Origin: a virus
Direction: 5' to 3' (one strand)
Length of the DNA stretch: 64,000 nt
Virus record (IMG/VR): IMGVR_UViG_3300042907_001596
Location: 32,001 to 96,000 of that record
Both the position numbers and the translations under genes were made by a program. Positions 10,601 to 20,034 of the stretch are shown here, piece after piece. The notes below the pieces were generated by a model. The model was given only the letters and a program-made list of their open reading frames with translations. It had not been told where the DNA came from and ran no database searches. Positions within the stretch are counted from its first letter, which is position 1. The number at the start of each line of letters is the position of its first letter.

Positions 10601-11013
10601 ACGACGTGGTGTACACGATCGAACAAGAACTGGTCGGCAACTACGTCACCATCGACCCGATGATGCGGTACCTGGACGCTTTGGAGGCGACCGGCGCGGT
10701 GCGCTCCCCGGCGGAGATGGAAGAGATCCAGACTGGCGATGACTTCGTCATCGGTGGGCAGTTGACCAAAATCCGCACCCACACCATCCAGAAGGCGGGC
10801 CGGTACAAAGGCAAGACGATGGCGTTCCTCACGGTGTTTTGGAACGAAGAAGAGTTTGAAGTCACCGCATTTCCCGAAGTGTGGCTGGGTGTCAAAACCG
10901 TCCTCAAGGAGGGCAAGCCGGTAGCGTGCCATGTAGTGCGCGACGACCGTGGGGCGCACCTGCGCACCGTAGAACGACTGGATCTGTTGTTCGATGAAAT
11001 GAGGAGCCGCTAG
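7624..11013 (+). CDS. dnaE: DNA polymerase III alpha subunit
   Basis: PHP motifs LHCHSEHS, TDH, NDSH; GRGSAGGS; PDIDCDF; KLDLLGL; FNKSHA. Confidence 0.96.
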   Translation: MTQVNLHCHSEHSFLDGFASVSSIARRVREVGSDAVALTDHNEVNGHLAFQKACRSEGVHPILGIEADWVTDIGWTRENLKYPSNRSHICLLAADNTGLSNLWALASMAYTDKYRYHKPLLDPDLMRQYSKGLYASDGCMITQFSRYIEAGDDTGARNQLGILADIYRDNLYVELHTWQFIDADTDEKRRLNDLMGQINRAKVRFATEMGLPMVVVNDSHHAYPDDWDKKELVWDFNTRKNPDQSSEDYGQKADHLMGGDELHQWMSRHGISADIVDEAITNAAAIAARCTAEITPTLTMPRLTKTDADDVAMLIDFCEQGFAAKVVNAGVDHPEQYYERLEEELRLVIDKRFSGYFLTVRDYVHAAKTGSWSQYVSGGQKHPMLVGPGRGSAGGSLVAYLLGITTIDPIHYKLLFSRFLSASRKGYPDIDCDFPQSLRPGIKDYLAARYGADHVCAIGTLTRSQPKAILKDLGRAMKIPIADVIAMGKIIEGVSAIQADDGTDDDASWAEIVERKGGALAEWARKYPILFERINDMAGIVRQAGVHPSGVVVSNLPILGALPTRVKNATTATQLDMNECEELGAVKLDLLGLRHLDTLMVARDMVWDRHGFWLDYVGVDDHNESGTINFGPDQYADPDIWGQIDAGQTAGIFQLETPELTRLSMEMKPRNEVDVAALLSIVRPGVKDAHLDKAYLRRRHGLDPVVYDHPAMQPITEETYGILVYQEQMMQAARDLAGFSADDADDLRKMLGKKNAAAITAWEGKFVAGCLGNPAFRDHFASEPQARTAISHIWSSISAAGRYAFNKSHAVGYATISCWEIWTKHYYPQEYIVALMATDSDNINRYLREARKRGIAVLPPDINTSGRKFTLGDNAIRYGLDTIRGVGNSAVSEILARRPFASFDDFLSRVRTNACGKTQIEALIKIGAFDAFGDRTALMTAYHDRRILDKMAPGKLAKMDADEQVIHVATWRAKHAGEESYVKEFAVPDFADDDVVYTIEQELVGNYVTIDPMMRYLDALEATGAVRSPAEMEEIQTGDDFVIGGQLTKIRTHTIQKAGRYKGKTMAFLTVFWNEEEFEVTAFPEVWLGVKTVLKEGKPVACHVVRDDRGAHLRTVERLDLLFDEMRSR

Positions 11014-12104
11014 TGGCCAACCCGAAGCTGACCAAGCTGGTCGGTGACCTCCGCACCAAGTTCGGTGAAGACTCCGTGATGTTCGCCGCCGACATCAAGC
11101 TCAACGCGCCGGTGTCCTCCGGCAGCCTCGCGCTGGACTTCGCGATCGGCCACGGCGGCTTCCCGTCGGATCGGGTCATCGAACTGGCCGGGGAGGAAGG
11201 CTGCGGCAAAACCACCCTCAGCCTGCTGGCCACCACCCGCTTCCTCGACTCCCAGCCCGACCGGGGTGCGCTGATCATGGATCTGGAGCACAAGCTCTCA
11301 CCGGACTGGGTGGCTTCGCTGGTGGGCGAAGAGCGGATGGACAGGATCATCTACATCCAGCCCGACCACATCGAACAGGCCACCAACATCTACCGCCAAG
11401 CCGTCACGTCCGGCCAGATCAGCATCGCCGTCCTCGACAGCATCGGGGGATCCCCGACGGTGCGGCGCAACGACAACGCGGAAGTGGCCTCTTACGGCGG
11501 CAACAGCCAGGGCGTCGGGGAGTTCGCCCGCACCGCTGCGGCGCTGTCCGCGAAATACCGCACCCTCACCATCGGCATCAACCAGACCCGCGCTGACATG
11601 GACGGCTACCACCGGATGCTCACCCCCGGTGGCAAAGCCTGGAAGCACGCGGTGATCCTGCGGATCCAACTCAAGAAGTCGACGCGGGAAACCGTGGAGC
11701 ATGCCGTTAACGGCGAGAAGATCACTATCGGCCATGCCGTCTACGCCAAAGTGGTGAAGAATCAACTCGCCGCCCCCGGCCGCACGGCGATGTGGTGGTT
11801 CTACAACGTGCCGACCGACGATTACGGCTTCGGTGTGGACACACTGGATGAGATCGTTCGGCTGGGCATCCTCACCAGGGTGATTCACCAGACCGGCGGG
11901 TGGTACACCCATCCGGCGCTGCCCGCCGACAAAAAGGGCGACCACAAAGTCAACGGCCTGGCCGGGTTGAAGAAGCTGATCTACGCCGACGAGTCGCTGA
12001 AGCAGACGCTGGTGTCGGAGATCCTGGCCAACCTGGAGGAGCACGCCGCCGAAGTCGCCCCCATCTCCGACCCCGACGCCCCGATCGAAGAGGCGATGGC
12101 ATGA
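11013..12104 (+). CDS. recA: RecA-like recombinase
   Basis: SSGSLALD, GEEGCGKTT, DLEH, VLDS, INQ, TPGGKA, VVKN. Confidence 0.95.
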   Translation: MANPKLTKLVGDLRTKFGEDSVMFAADIKLNAPVSSGSLALDFAIGHGGFPSDRVIELAGEEGCGKTTLSLLATTRFLDSQPDRGALIMDLEHKLSPDWVASLVGEERMDRIIYIQPDHIEQATNIYRQAVTSGQISIAVLDSIGGSPTVRRNDNAEVASYGGNSQGVGEFARTAAALSAKYRTLTIGINQTRADMDGYHRMLTPGGKAWKHAVILRIQLKKSTRETVEHAVNGEKITIGHAVYAKVVKNQLAAPGRTAMWWFYNVPTDDYGFGVDTLDEIVRLGILTRVIHQTGGWYTHPALPADKKGDHKVNGLAGLKKLIYADESLKQTLVSEILANLEEHAAEVAPISDPDAPIEEAMA

Positions 12105-12484
12105 AGACCGGGTGGGAAGCCTACGAACATTACATTCAGAAGCTGCTGGGGCTGGACTCCACCGCCGCGTCCGGCGCGAAGTTCCACGACATCGGGGACG
12201 CCGTCGACCGTCGCCATCCCAGCGAGTCGGACTTCCGGCTGCTGGCGGACGCGAAGTTCACCGAAAAGGGTTCCTACTCCATGAACCTGAAGTTCCTCCG
12301 CCAGATGAGCGACAAAGCGGTGGCGCTGGGCAAGCGCTTCATCCTGCCCGTCCGGCTGTGGCCGACCGGGGAAGATTTGCCCCACGACTACGTCGTCATC
12401 GGACTGGATGACTTCGCGGAAATCTTGGAGAAGTCCCGCGCTTGGGACGAACTCGTCGGAAGCAAAGGAATCTCAGTCGAATGA
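12101..12484 (+). CDS. PD-(D/E)xK nuclease, Holliday junction resolvase-like
   Basis: E...SGA...GD...DAK pattern; ATGA overlap with recA. Confidence 0.65.
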   Translation: MKTGWEAYEHYIQKLLGLDSTAASGAKFHDIGDAVDRRHPSESDFRLLADAKFTEKGSYSMNLKFLRQMSDKAVALGKRFILPVRLWPTGEDLPHDYVVIGLDDFAEILEKSRAWDELVGSKGISVE

Positions 12485-13236
12485 CTACGGCTTACAGCGG
12501 TGTTTTGCGCAGCCTCATCAAGAAGGAGATGCTGCTGCCCTACCTGGAGAACCAGATCCTGTCGGAGACGTGGCCGGATTCCTACACCGTCACCATCGAC
12601 TCCCGGCCGTACTACGGCAAAGGTGATGGCTACTTCCACCCCAGCACCCACCCGCTGATGGGCGAGCGGCTGCTCTACTATATGTTCCACCCCGACCACC
12701 GCGACCAGATGATCCGCGAAAAGTCCTCCCTCAAGCGGGAGGTGACGCTGTCGGTGGGATCCTCCATCCACGCCGTCGTCCAAACCCAGTTCCAGATGGC
12801 GGGGCTGGTGACGCCGGAGAACATCGAAGTCGAATACATCAACACCGACCATCATGTGCGCGGCAAGATCGACTTCATCGTGGATCACCCGACCGGCCAG
12901 ACCATCCCGGTGGAACTCAAGACGATGTCGGCACGGATATTCGGCAAGCAGGACAAGATCAAGCCGGAGTGGGACGCCCAACTGTCGCTGGCACTCGACG
13001 CCGTCGGCCAGGACACCGGAATCTTGCTGTTGCTGGAGGTGGGCTATCCGTACGGCATCAAAGAGTTCATCGTGCCGCGCAACGACACGTTGCTGTCGGA
13101 GATCTACGGCAAGTTCGACCGGGTACGCGAAGCCATCGCCCTGAACACCCCGCCGACGCACTGCTGCGCCCCCGGCTCCTCGACCGTCGCTAGCTGTCCG
13201 GCCCGCTTTGAGTGCTGGATGAAAGATGAGCGGTAA
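12481..13236 (+). CDS. Cas4/RecB-family exonuclease
   Basis: FHPS, GSSIH, GKID, ELKT, Q motif, C-terminal Cys cluster. Confidence 0.8.
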   Translation: MTTAYSGVLRSLIKKEMLLPYLENQILSETWPDSYTVTIDSRPYYGKGDGYFHPSTHPLMGERLLYYMFHPDHRDQMIREKSSLKREVTLSVGSSIHAVVQTQFQMAGLVTPENIEVEYINTDHHVRGKIDFIVDHPTGQTIPVELKTMSARIFGKQDKIKPEWDAQLSLALDAVGQDTGILLLLEVGYPYGIKEFIVPRNDTLLSEIYGKFDRVREAIALNTPPTHCCAPGSSTVASCPARFECWMKDER

Positions 13237-13663
13237 GCCCTGCAAGGACTGTGTGGCCGACGGGATCACCACCGGCCGTCCGGCTCCTCACCCCGGCCCC
13301 CGGTGCGTCACGCACCACCGGGCCATCAAGAAGGAGCGCAAAAAGCGTGCCCACGCCCGCCGGGTGGACATCTTCTACGGCATCACCGCCGCGCAGTACC
13401 AGATGCTGTACCGCCATCAAGGTGGGACGTGCTACATCTGCCGCAAAGCCACCGGGGCGACCCGCAATCTTGCCGTCGATCACGACCACAACCTCTGCAA
13501 CACCCATCCTGCCGATCGGGGCTGCCCGCAGTGCGTTCGCGGACTGTTGTGCTCAATCTGTAACCGTGTGGTCATCGGCCGCTATGACGAAGACAGTTTG
13601 TTGCGGGCCGTGTCGTATCTGCGACACCCCCCAGCGCGAACGATCCTGCGCCCAGGTTACTAA
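13226..13663 (+). CDS. endonuclease VII-like protein
   Basis: CYIC...AVDHDH...VRGLLCSICN. Confidence 0.88.
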   Translation: MSGKPCKDCVADGITTGRPAPHPGPRCVTHHRAIKKERKKRAHARRVDIFYGITAAQYQMLYRHQGGTCYICRKATGATRNLAVDHDHNLCNTHPADRGCPQCVRGLLCSICNRVVIGRYDEDSLLRAVSYLRHPPARTILRPGY

Positions 13664-13716
13664 CAACCGTGTTATCTTGACGGCAGCAAGATTATTCCCC
13701 AAACTGGGAGAGGTGT

Positions 13717-14424
13717 ATGGGGAACAGACCCCTAGGAGATCTGGCGGAGTCGGTAGCTGAACAGCTAGCGACCGAGAGCTTCGCCCCGCTGACTGAGGAA
13801 ATCCTCACCGAAGAGGACGCCATCGAATCCCAGCGGGCCAGCATCTTCTCTAAGATTCGCTTCTCGTGGCGACCCGAAGACCGTGCCATCCTCGACCGTA
13901 TCCGGCTGGCGTCGGACTCTATGGTGGAGGAAGCCTTCGGGGAAGCCATTTCCACTATCGACCGCTTTTACGAGCAGCTTCGGATACCGGAGACGACGTG
14001 GGTCGACAACCATGAGGTGGTGCGGCGAGGGCCGGACGGCCGGGTGGTGTGGAAGCGGTCGGACGAAGGAAAGATCATCGAACGGTGGGATCAACTCACC
14101 GGGCCGGACATTGAGATGACCATCGCGGATCTGCTCCGGCTCAAAATGCTTATCGCCCCCCAAGTCAACCAACTCCTCAACGAAGCCATCTACGCTAAGC
14201 ACGTTGCGTCCGACGCTTACGACGACGCTTGGGGCACCGTCATCCAAGGCACCCAAGGCGACCGCACTGCCAAAGCCAACCGGCAAAGCCGCCAAGACCG
14301 CTACCACGCCCACTTCCGCTACGTTCTCTACTCCACCGCCAACACTTTGGTGCGCGAAATCGTGGTGTTTATCAACCGGCTCGCAGACATCCGCGAGTGG
14401 CAGATCCGAAGCCAGCCACGGTAG
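13717..14424 (+). CDS. hypothetical protein
   Basis: GGAGAGG RBS; 235 aa. Confidence 0.7.
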   Translation: MGNRPLGDLAESVAEQLATESFAPLTEEILTEEDAIESQRASIFSKIRFSWRPEDRAILDRIRLASDSMVEEAFGEAISTIDRFYEQLRIPETTWVDNHEVVRRGPDGRVVWKRSDEGKIIERWDQLTGPDIEMTIADLLRLKMLIAPQVNQLLNEAIYAKHVASDAYDDAWGTVIQGTQGDRTAKANRQSRQDRYHAHFRYVLYSTANTLVREIVVFINRLADIREWQIRSQPR

Positions 14425-14428
14425 TGCT

Positions 14429-14902
14429 ATGGCCCGCCGCCTCCCCGACGACCCGGTCAAACGCCGCCTCCAACACTTCAAGAGGCTCTACCAACACTTA
14501 GAGCACTGGAAAGTGTTGCTGGAAACCGGCGACATGAGTCACCTCATCACCGTGCCCGAAACCGGTGAGGAAATCTATCTTCTCGACCTGATGGTCGGCA
14601 TCGACTCGCTGCCACCCCGCCAGCGCGAAGCCTTTGAGTTGATCTGCCTACTGGGGTACACCGAAACCGATGCCACCCGCAAAATGTTGCCCCACTCCCG
14701 ATGGTCGACCCCGATACAGCAGTACGCCGATACCGCACTGGCCCGCATGGTGGCCGCATACGACGCCGCCCAAAGCGGCAGCTACACCCACACCGTCTAC
14801 ATCAAAAAAGGGGCCAAGCCTGTCGAGGGAGCTTGCCCCACTTCACCAGGAGAGCACGATGAAGAACGAGATCCCCGAAGCAAAGCTGATGCCCCTACTT
14901 AG
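14429..14902 (+). CDS. sigma-70 region 4-like HTH protein
   Basis: IDSLPPRQREAFELICLLGYTETDATRKM. Confidence 0.65.
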   Translation: MARRLPDDPVKRRLQHFKRLYQHLEHWKVLLETGDMSHLITVPETGEEIYLLDLMVGIDSLPPRQREAFELICLLGYTETDATRKMLPHSRWSTPIQQYADTALARMVAAYDAAQSGSYTHTVYIKKGAKPVEGACPTSPGEHDEERDPRSKADAPT

Positions 14903-15146
14903 CGGAGTCAACTATTCCGTTGAAGACGAAGCCGACCGGCTGCTGGCCGACGGCCGACGCGGCACCACCAAGCTGGCCGACAAGACCGACTACCTGTCTC
15001 CCGAGCAGTTAGCATTGAGGAAGAGCAAAGAGGTGTTGAATCACCACGGCGTTCCCGACTCCCGGCTGTTCAGCGGCATGTATCGCAGAGCCTTTAACCC
15101 AGAGGCAGGACAGCGGCCGGTGCGGCTGCGCTCGCACGACGACTAA
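14859..15146 (+). CDS. hypothetical protein
   Basis: AGGAG RBS before ATG 14859. Confidence 0.6.
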   Translation: MKNEIPEAKLMPLLSGVNYSVEDEADRLLADGRRGTTKLADKTDYLSPEQLALRKSKEVLNHHGVPDSRLFSGMYRRAFNPEAGQRPVRLRSHDD

Positions 15147-15158
15147 AAAGGGGGAGGC

Positions 15159-15851
15159 ATGACCGACGGTCTTGACGATGCCATCGCCGCACAAATCGAC
15201 CAGATGCGGGCCAATGGGGAGCTTGAGGTGCGCCCCGAACCCCGCTGCCGGGTCTGTCGAGACGAACAGTCGCGCCTCCTGGTCAACAAGCTGCTGGCGC
15301 ACGGATTGACGCTGCGCGACATTGAGGATGTCATCAAGCCACTCAACCGCAACCGGCCGCAGCGGGACAGGATCAACCTCAACAACCTCCGCGAACACCG
15401 CCGCCGACACTTCGACATTCAATCCCCGGCTAATGCCGTCTACCGGCGTATCGTTGAGCAGCGTGCCGCAGAAGCCAACATCGACCTGGAGAACGGCGTC
15501 GGCACCGCTGTTACCTACCTGGCCTACCTGGACACCATGATGGCGAAAGGGTTCGCCACCTTGATGGCGGAGGACACTGTGGTGAGCTACCGGGACGGCG
15601 CGGACGCTGGCCGGATGCTCAACGACCTCACCCGCAAGGACGCCGGGGCGACCCAGCAGGCCCAGATGATGGCCGAAATGGACAGGGTCATCTCCGTCGT
15701 TAAAGAGGTTTGCACGCCCGAGCAACTGTCGCTGATGAGCGCGAAGCTCAACGGCACCCCCGACGCGCCCACCCCGGTGGCGGCACGCCGGGTAACGGAG
15801 CCGTTCGACCCGTCTGAAGACCACGACGAGTACGACGAGTTTGAGGACTGA
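15159..15851 (+). CDS. hypothetical protein with CxxC/HxxxH and HTH-like region (possible small terminase-like)
   Basis: PRCRVC...EHRRRH; GGAGG RBS; function is a guess. Confidence 0.55.
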   Translation: MTDGLDDAIAAQIDQMRANGELEVRPEPRCRVCRDEQSRLLVNKLLAHGLTLRDIEDVIKPLNRNRPQRDRINLNNLREHRRRHFDIQSPANAVYRRIVEQRAAEANIDLENGVGTAVTYLAYLDTMMAKGFATLMAEDTVVSYRDGADAGRMLNDLTRKDAGATQQAQMMAEMDRVISVVKEVCTPEQLSLMSAKLNGTPDAPTPVAARRVTEPFDPSEDHDEYDEFED

Positions 15852-17296
15852 TGCTCCAGATCTCCGAAACGGCCGTCGATATGTTCGGCGTGAGTACCGC
15901 CACCGCCACCCCGTCGGGCACCGACAGTCGGGCAGGAAGCATCTACCAGCCTGCCACCCTCGCCGCCTGCACCCCGGTGTACATCACCTCGCTGGAGTTC
16001 GACACCTACCTGATGGTGTTCTCCCGGCGCTGGCTGGCCGCGACTCAATCCAGCACTCAACCCGGCCACTACACTGACTACACTGCGTCACCGGCACCAG
16101 GGTGGGTGAGCTTCAACGGGACGCACGGAAGTGTCGTCAGCCCCGTCGAAGACATCCCGATGGCGACGGCGCACGACTCCGTTCTCCTCACCGCTGCCTG
16201 CGCCCGACCGCCCTACACTTATCTGCTCAACACCGTTACGTCCGGCTCGTCGGTGACGGCGGTGGTGCAGCACATCATGTTCAACCAGCCGATGAAAACA
16301 CTCAGCGTCCTCAAAGAGGAAACCGTCCCGAACGCCGCGCTGCTCGACTTCCCGGTCGATGTGGTCTACAACCTTCCCAGTGGTGCGGAAATCGTGTTGA
16401 CCCCCGACGTGCTGGCCCGAATCTTCTCCGGTTCGATCTACCAGTGGACGGATCCGGCGATTTTGGATTTGAACCCCGGCGTCGACCTTCCGTCCTCCAC
16501 CCTCATCCAAGTCATCTACGATCTGGATGCTTCTGCCGACACCGCCGCGTTTCAGTCCTACCTGGAGGCGGAGTCCCCATATTGGGACTCCGGCACCTCG
16601 ACCAGCTACACAGGCTTCGGGGTGGGTGCGATCGACGTAGCCACTTCCGTCGCCGCGACATCCGCGTCGATCGGCTTCGTCGGAAAGGGGACGGCCGTCA
16701 ACGCGGCGACCGTCGTCACCCCGGTGCGTTTCGATCGGGGCCTCTACATTTCCGGCCAGAACCTTGTGGTATTCGGGGCGTCGTATTCGGGCAGGGTGTG
16801 CGTTGCCCGCAAGAACTGGGGCCGGATCGGATTCCCGACGACGGCGTGGGAGTACTTCGACGGAGCCGGGTGGAGCTTCGACCTGACCGCTGTGTCGCCA
16901 CTTCAGACGACGACCGGCACCGCCTTGACGACCGCTGGCCCGGTGAGTGTCGCGACGTACGACCGGCAGGTCTTTTTGTCTGCGGTGGTCACCTTCGGGG
17001 ATGACCGCTCCGCCCAGGTGTATCTTCAGAACGCCGTCAGCCAGTGGCAGCCGGTGGGGGATCAGATCTTTTTGGGGTCGGTGGCTGATGACACCTACAC
17101 CGGCGGCACCCTCCAGTTCCAGCCGCAGCTTTCTGCCATCGACTATCTGGTAGATGTGCCCAATGCGGTCGGTGCCATCCCAGTGTGCGTCACCATGGAG
17201 CAGTCGATCACCGAAGAGACGGTCACCGACATCTTCGTGACTTCGTCGGCGCTCGACGTGGCGTGGGGCTTGTGGCAAGTTGACCGCAATTTTTAA
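15851..17296 (+). CDS. putative structural protein with inserted PstS-like domain
   Basis: T/S/V-rich beta-type sequence; internal YNLP...LARIFSGSIYQWTDPAILDLNPGVDLP. Confidence 0.6.
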   Translation: MLQISETAVDMFGVSTATATPSGTDSRAGSIYQPATLAACTPVYITSLEFDTYLMVFSRRWLAATQSSTQPGHYTDYTASPAPGWVSFNGTHGSVVSPVEDIPMATAHDSVLLTAACARPPYTYLLNTVTSGSSVTAVVQHIMFNQPMKTLSVLKEETVPNAALLDFPVDVVYNLPSGAEIVLTPDVLARIFSGSIYQWTDPAILDLNPGVDLPSSTLIQVIYDLDASADTAAFQSYLEAESPYWDSGTSTSYTGFGVGAIDVATSVAATSASIGFVGKGTAVNAATVVTPVRFDRGLYISGQNLVVFGASYSGRVCVARKNWGRIGFPTTAWEYFDGAGWSFDLTAVSPLQTTTGTALTTAGPVSVATYDRQVFLSAVVTFGDDRSAQVYLQNAVSQWQPVGDQIFLGSVADDTYTGGTLQFQPQLSAIDYLVDVPNAVGAIPVCVTMEQSITEETVTDIFVTSSALDVAWGLWQVDRNF

Positions 17297-17348
17297 CAAG
17301 TGGGTGTTAGACTTTCTACACAGTCATTACACAACCTAGGGAGCCGCT

Positions 17349-18335
17349 GTGAAGATCGCTGAATTAGAGTCCATCCTCGCTAACCGCCAGGAAGATCGGG
17401 TCGTCGCCAAAGTGGGCGAGATGAGCATCACCGACGATGCCGGAATCCTGTCCATCGGTAGCGACACCTTCCTGATGGACGAAGGGGTGGAGCGCACGCT
17501 GGCGTCCTATCTCAAGATCCCCCCGGCTTACTTGTCGGCGTGCCCTCCCGACTTCAAGGCAACCACGCTGCGCTTCTGGATGGGCGAGCACTCCGACGCC
17601 GACGCCGTAACGGAACTGATCAACGGTGCGGTGGTATCCATTCATTCCCCCGACCAACTGATGATCCCGGTGCGCCAGGTCGTCCAGGTAGCGGAGCGGG
17701 TCTTCAGCCCCGACGCTGAAGTGCGGCACAACTATCTGGATGACGAGCGTGTGCATCTCGACATCACTACATCAGAGCATCAAGTCGATGTGCAGTCCCC
17801 GGTGTACCGCCAAGTTGGGGACATTACCGAAGCGGGCTTGCGCTTCCTGGCCTACCCCACCCAAACCAAAGCCCCCAGCGTGGGGGCTTACCTGGAGCGG
17901 CTGGCCTGCACCAACGGTATGACCACCACGGAGCGGGCCGGACAGATCAGCCTGCGCGGCCGTACCGTCGATGAAGTCATCGAAGAGATGGAGCAGGCTG
18001 CCCGCATGATGCTCAGCACCCTCGACAATCGGTTGGAGCGCTATGCCGCCACCGCCCGCCAGCCCATCCCCGGCTCCCGGCAGGCGTTCGCCCACCAACT
18101 TGCCCGCGAAGCCAACCTGCCCCGGTCGGTGCTGGATTCGGTGATGGAGCTAGTCAACCAGCTTCCCGACAACGCGACGGTCTACGACATCAACCAGGCG
18201 TTCACTTCTGTGGCTAACACCGACGTGAACTACGCCACCCGCATGCGCCTCCAGGCGCTGGGCGGATCCATGGCTTTTGAAGCGGAGCGGATCCTAGCCC
18301 GCTGCGGAACGTGTCAACATCCCTTGGAGGTTTGA
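17349..18335 (+). CDS. DUF932-like protein
   Basis: RLACTNGM signature. Confidence 0.65.
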   Translation: MKIAELESILANRQEDRVVAKVGEMSITDDAGILSIGSDTFLMDEGVERTLASYLKIPPAYLSACPPDFKATTLRFWMGEHSDADAVTELINGAVVSIHSPDQLMIPVRQVVQVAERVFSPDAEVRHNYLDDERVHLDITTSEHQVDVQSPVYRQVGDITEAGLRFLAYPTQTKAPSVGAYLERLACTNGMTTTERAGQISLRGRTVDEVIEEMEQAARMMLSTLDNRLERYAATARQPIPGSRQAFAHQLAREANLPRSVLDSVMELVNQLPDNATVYDINQAFTSVANTDVNYATRMRLQALGGSMAFEAERILARCGTCQHPLEV

Positions 18336-18515
18336 GTGAAAACTACCCTGACATTGGCGTCCGTCGCCATGAAAAAGGCTTTGGATGCTTACCACCCGAC
18401 ACAAAAAGCCCAACTGATCAACGAGTCCATCGCGTTGAGCTTGGTGTCGATTGCCGAAAATCTCAACAGGCTGGGGCGGCAGCCTCCTCCGAAAGCGAAC
18501 CTAGGTAGCGAGTAA
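18336..18515 (+). CDS. small hypothetical protein
   Basis: GGAGG RBS, GTG directly after upstream stop; 59 aa. Confidence 0.45.
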   Translation: MKTTLTLASVAMKKALDAYHPTQKAQLINESIALSLVSIAENLNRLGRQPPPKANLGSE

Positions 18516-18660
18516 GAGGTGTAAGCCGACGTGATTCCCGACGTATTCGGGGACGTGCGGCCCCGCCACCCCAGCAACGGGGTATAGTTCTCGTGGGCCG
18601 GTGGGCGTATACGGGTGTCTCCTTCCGTCCACCGGCCTACCTTCTTGTGAGGAGGGCCAG

Positions 18661-19128
18661 ATGGCCATCGACATGACCAACGCCAATGAGGGCGTCAGCG
18701 ATCTGTACGACAGTGAGCGCAAAGCCATCATCGGGATCCGTGCCCAGATGATGAGCAAATACTCCTTCAAAGCGATCGACTCCTTCAAGGCCGAAGACGA
18801 CATGAAGAACAAGATCTCCCAAGAGATCCGCCAGCGGTGCGCCGAGATCGGCTTCGTCGTAGAGGTGGAGTGGGAGTGGGAGAAGTTCGATGAGAAGACC
18901 GGCGAACTCGTTGACTTCAGCCCCACCGTGTCCTCCAACCCCAACGACCGTGCGATGTACTGGGTGCCCAACGTCGTGGCAACAGGCCGCACCGACAAGA
19001 CCGTCACGGAGTTCGACCACGACCGGCAAAAGCACGAGATTCGCTCCGGCCTGCTCGACGGCAAGGTGGGCGTGATCAACCCCAACACCGGGCAGATCAC
19101 CGAACCGAAGAAGAAGAACATCTACTGA
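18661..19128 (+). CDS. hypothetical protein
   Basis: GAGGAGG RBS before ATG 18661. Confidence 0.7.
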   Translation: MAIDMTNANEGVSDLYDSERKAIIGIRAQMMSKYSFKAIDSFKAEDDMKNKISQEIRQRCAEIGFVVEVEWEWEKFDEKTGELVDFSPTVSSNPNDRAMYWVPNVVATGRTDKTVTEFDHDRQKHEIRSGLLDGKVGVINPNTGQITEPKKKNIY

Positions 19129-19130
19129 AG

Positions 19131-19164
19131 CTGTAAAGTCTCGCGGCCCTGACGGGAAAGGGTG
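19131..19164 (+). promoter_or_regulatory. putative late promoter CTGT-N21-GAA
   Basis: CTGT 19131, gaaagggtg 19156; same spacing at 4 other sites. Confidence 0.5.
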
Positions 19165-19188
19165 AAGCACCTACCCGCCGGAGGGCCA

Positions 19189-19356
19189 ATGAGAATCGCC
19201 GCAGTTGTCGCCCTGGTGTTTCTCACCGGCTGCGCTCCCAGCGATGAGCTTGATCAGATCATGGGCCGCACCGACGGCACACCGACGACGAGCACGCAGC
19301 GCATCGACTGTGACTTGATCTTCCCCGCCCCAAGCAAAGACACCCTCGCGCCATGA
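19189..19356 (+). CDS. small lipoprotein
   Basis: MRIAAVVALVFLTG-C signal and lipobox. Confidence 0.65.
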   Translation: MRIAAVVALVFLTGCAPSDELDQIMGRTDGTPTTSTQRIDCDLIFPAPSKDTLAP

Positions 19357-19481
19357 AGTGGGTTGTGGCTGGCTGCGCCGTCGTCTTCGTTGCCGCCTAT
19401 ACGTTCGTGTACACAGCGGTGAAGTCATTGCTGGATGAAGACTGGCAGCCCGACTGGGACTTACTGGAAAGAGAGAGATAA
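19353..19481 (+). CDS. small membrane protein
   Basis: ATGA overlap; hydrophobic N-terminus. Confidence 0.45.
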   Translation: MKWVVAGCAVVFVAAYTFVYTAVKSLLDEDWQPDWDLLERER

Positions 19482-19601
19482 TGACCGACAAGAAGAAACC
19501 ATCCGTCGATTGCCGGGGCGCTGAGTTGTTCCCAATCGGAAACAGCGGCTTCCTGGGCAAGATCATCTCCTTCTTTCTGGGCAGGAAGCGGCGGTAAAGC
19601 G

Positions 19602-19841
19602 GTGGGGGAGAATCCGCCGATTCCTCCAGCGGTGATCGCAGACCTGCGGGTGTACAACGTCGTCTGTCCGGCCTGCTTCACCGCGCTGGGGCGGGCGACG
19701 TTCCGCGACTCCGACGCCCTCGCTCTCGCTCACGACTGTCCGGCTTCGCCAGAAGAGCAAGAGCAGGCGATCATCAACGTCGAGTTTGCCGCTCTGACCG
19801 GCGACACCACCGCGTTGCTCGCCCGCAACCAGGACAAATGA
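19602..19841 (+). CDS. small putative Zn-binding protein, paralog of 4547..4744
   Basis: VCPAC...HDC.AS.EE.EQA. Confidence 0.6.
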   Translation: MGENPPIPPAVIADLRVYNVVCPACFTALGRATFRDSDALALAHDCPASPEEQEQAIINVEFAALTGDTTALLARNQDK

Positions 19842-20034
19842 TGGTTTGCTCCGGCTGCTGCTGCGGCGAATCTCGTTGTGCCCCAGTGTCAACCCCCCAA
19901 TTATCGGCGGAACACGACCTGGGCATACCCTCTCAGCTACCCCCAAATATGGCCTCTAGCAGCGATGATGAGGAAGGCCGCTAAGTATAATTGAAGGTGA
20001 GGCCACAGAGTGTGGCCGGAAGGAGACACCTTCG

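Noticed and set aside
7624-12104. Inteins or introns in dnaE or recA
   Set aside because: Lengths are normal and no intein splice or homing endonuclease motifs were seen.
12481-13236. Cas4-like gene as part of a CRISPR-Cas system
   Set aside because: It is a solo nuclease in a recombination operon, with no other cas genes or array.
14801-14850. AAAAAAG slippery sequence plus hairpin as a -1 frameshift joining 14429 to 14859
   Set aside because: The translated frame reads AAA-AAA-GGG, the downstream ORF is in the +1 frame, and it has its own RBS.
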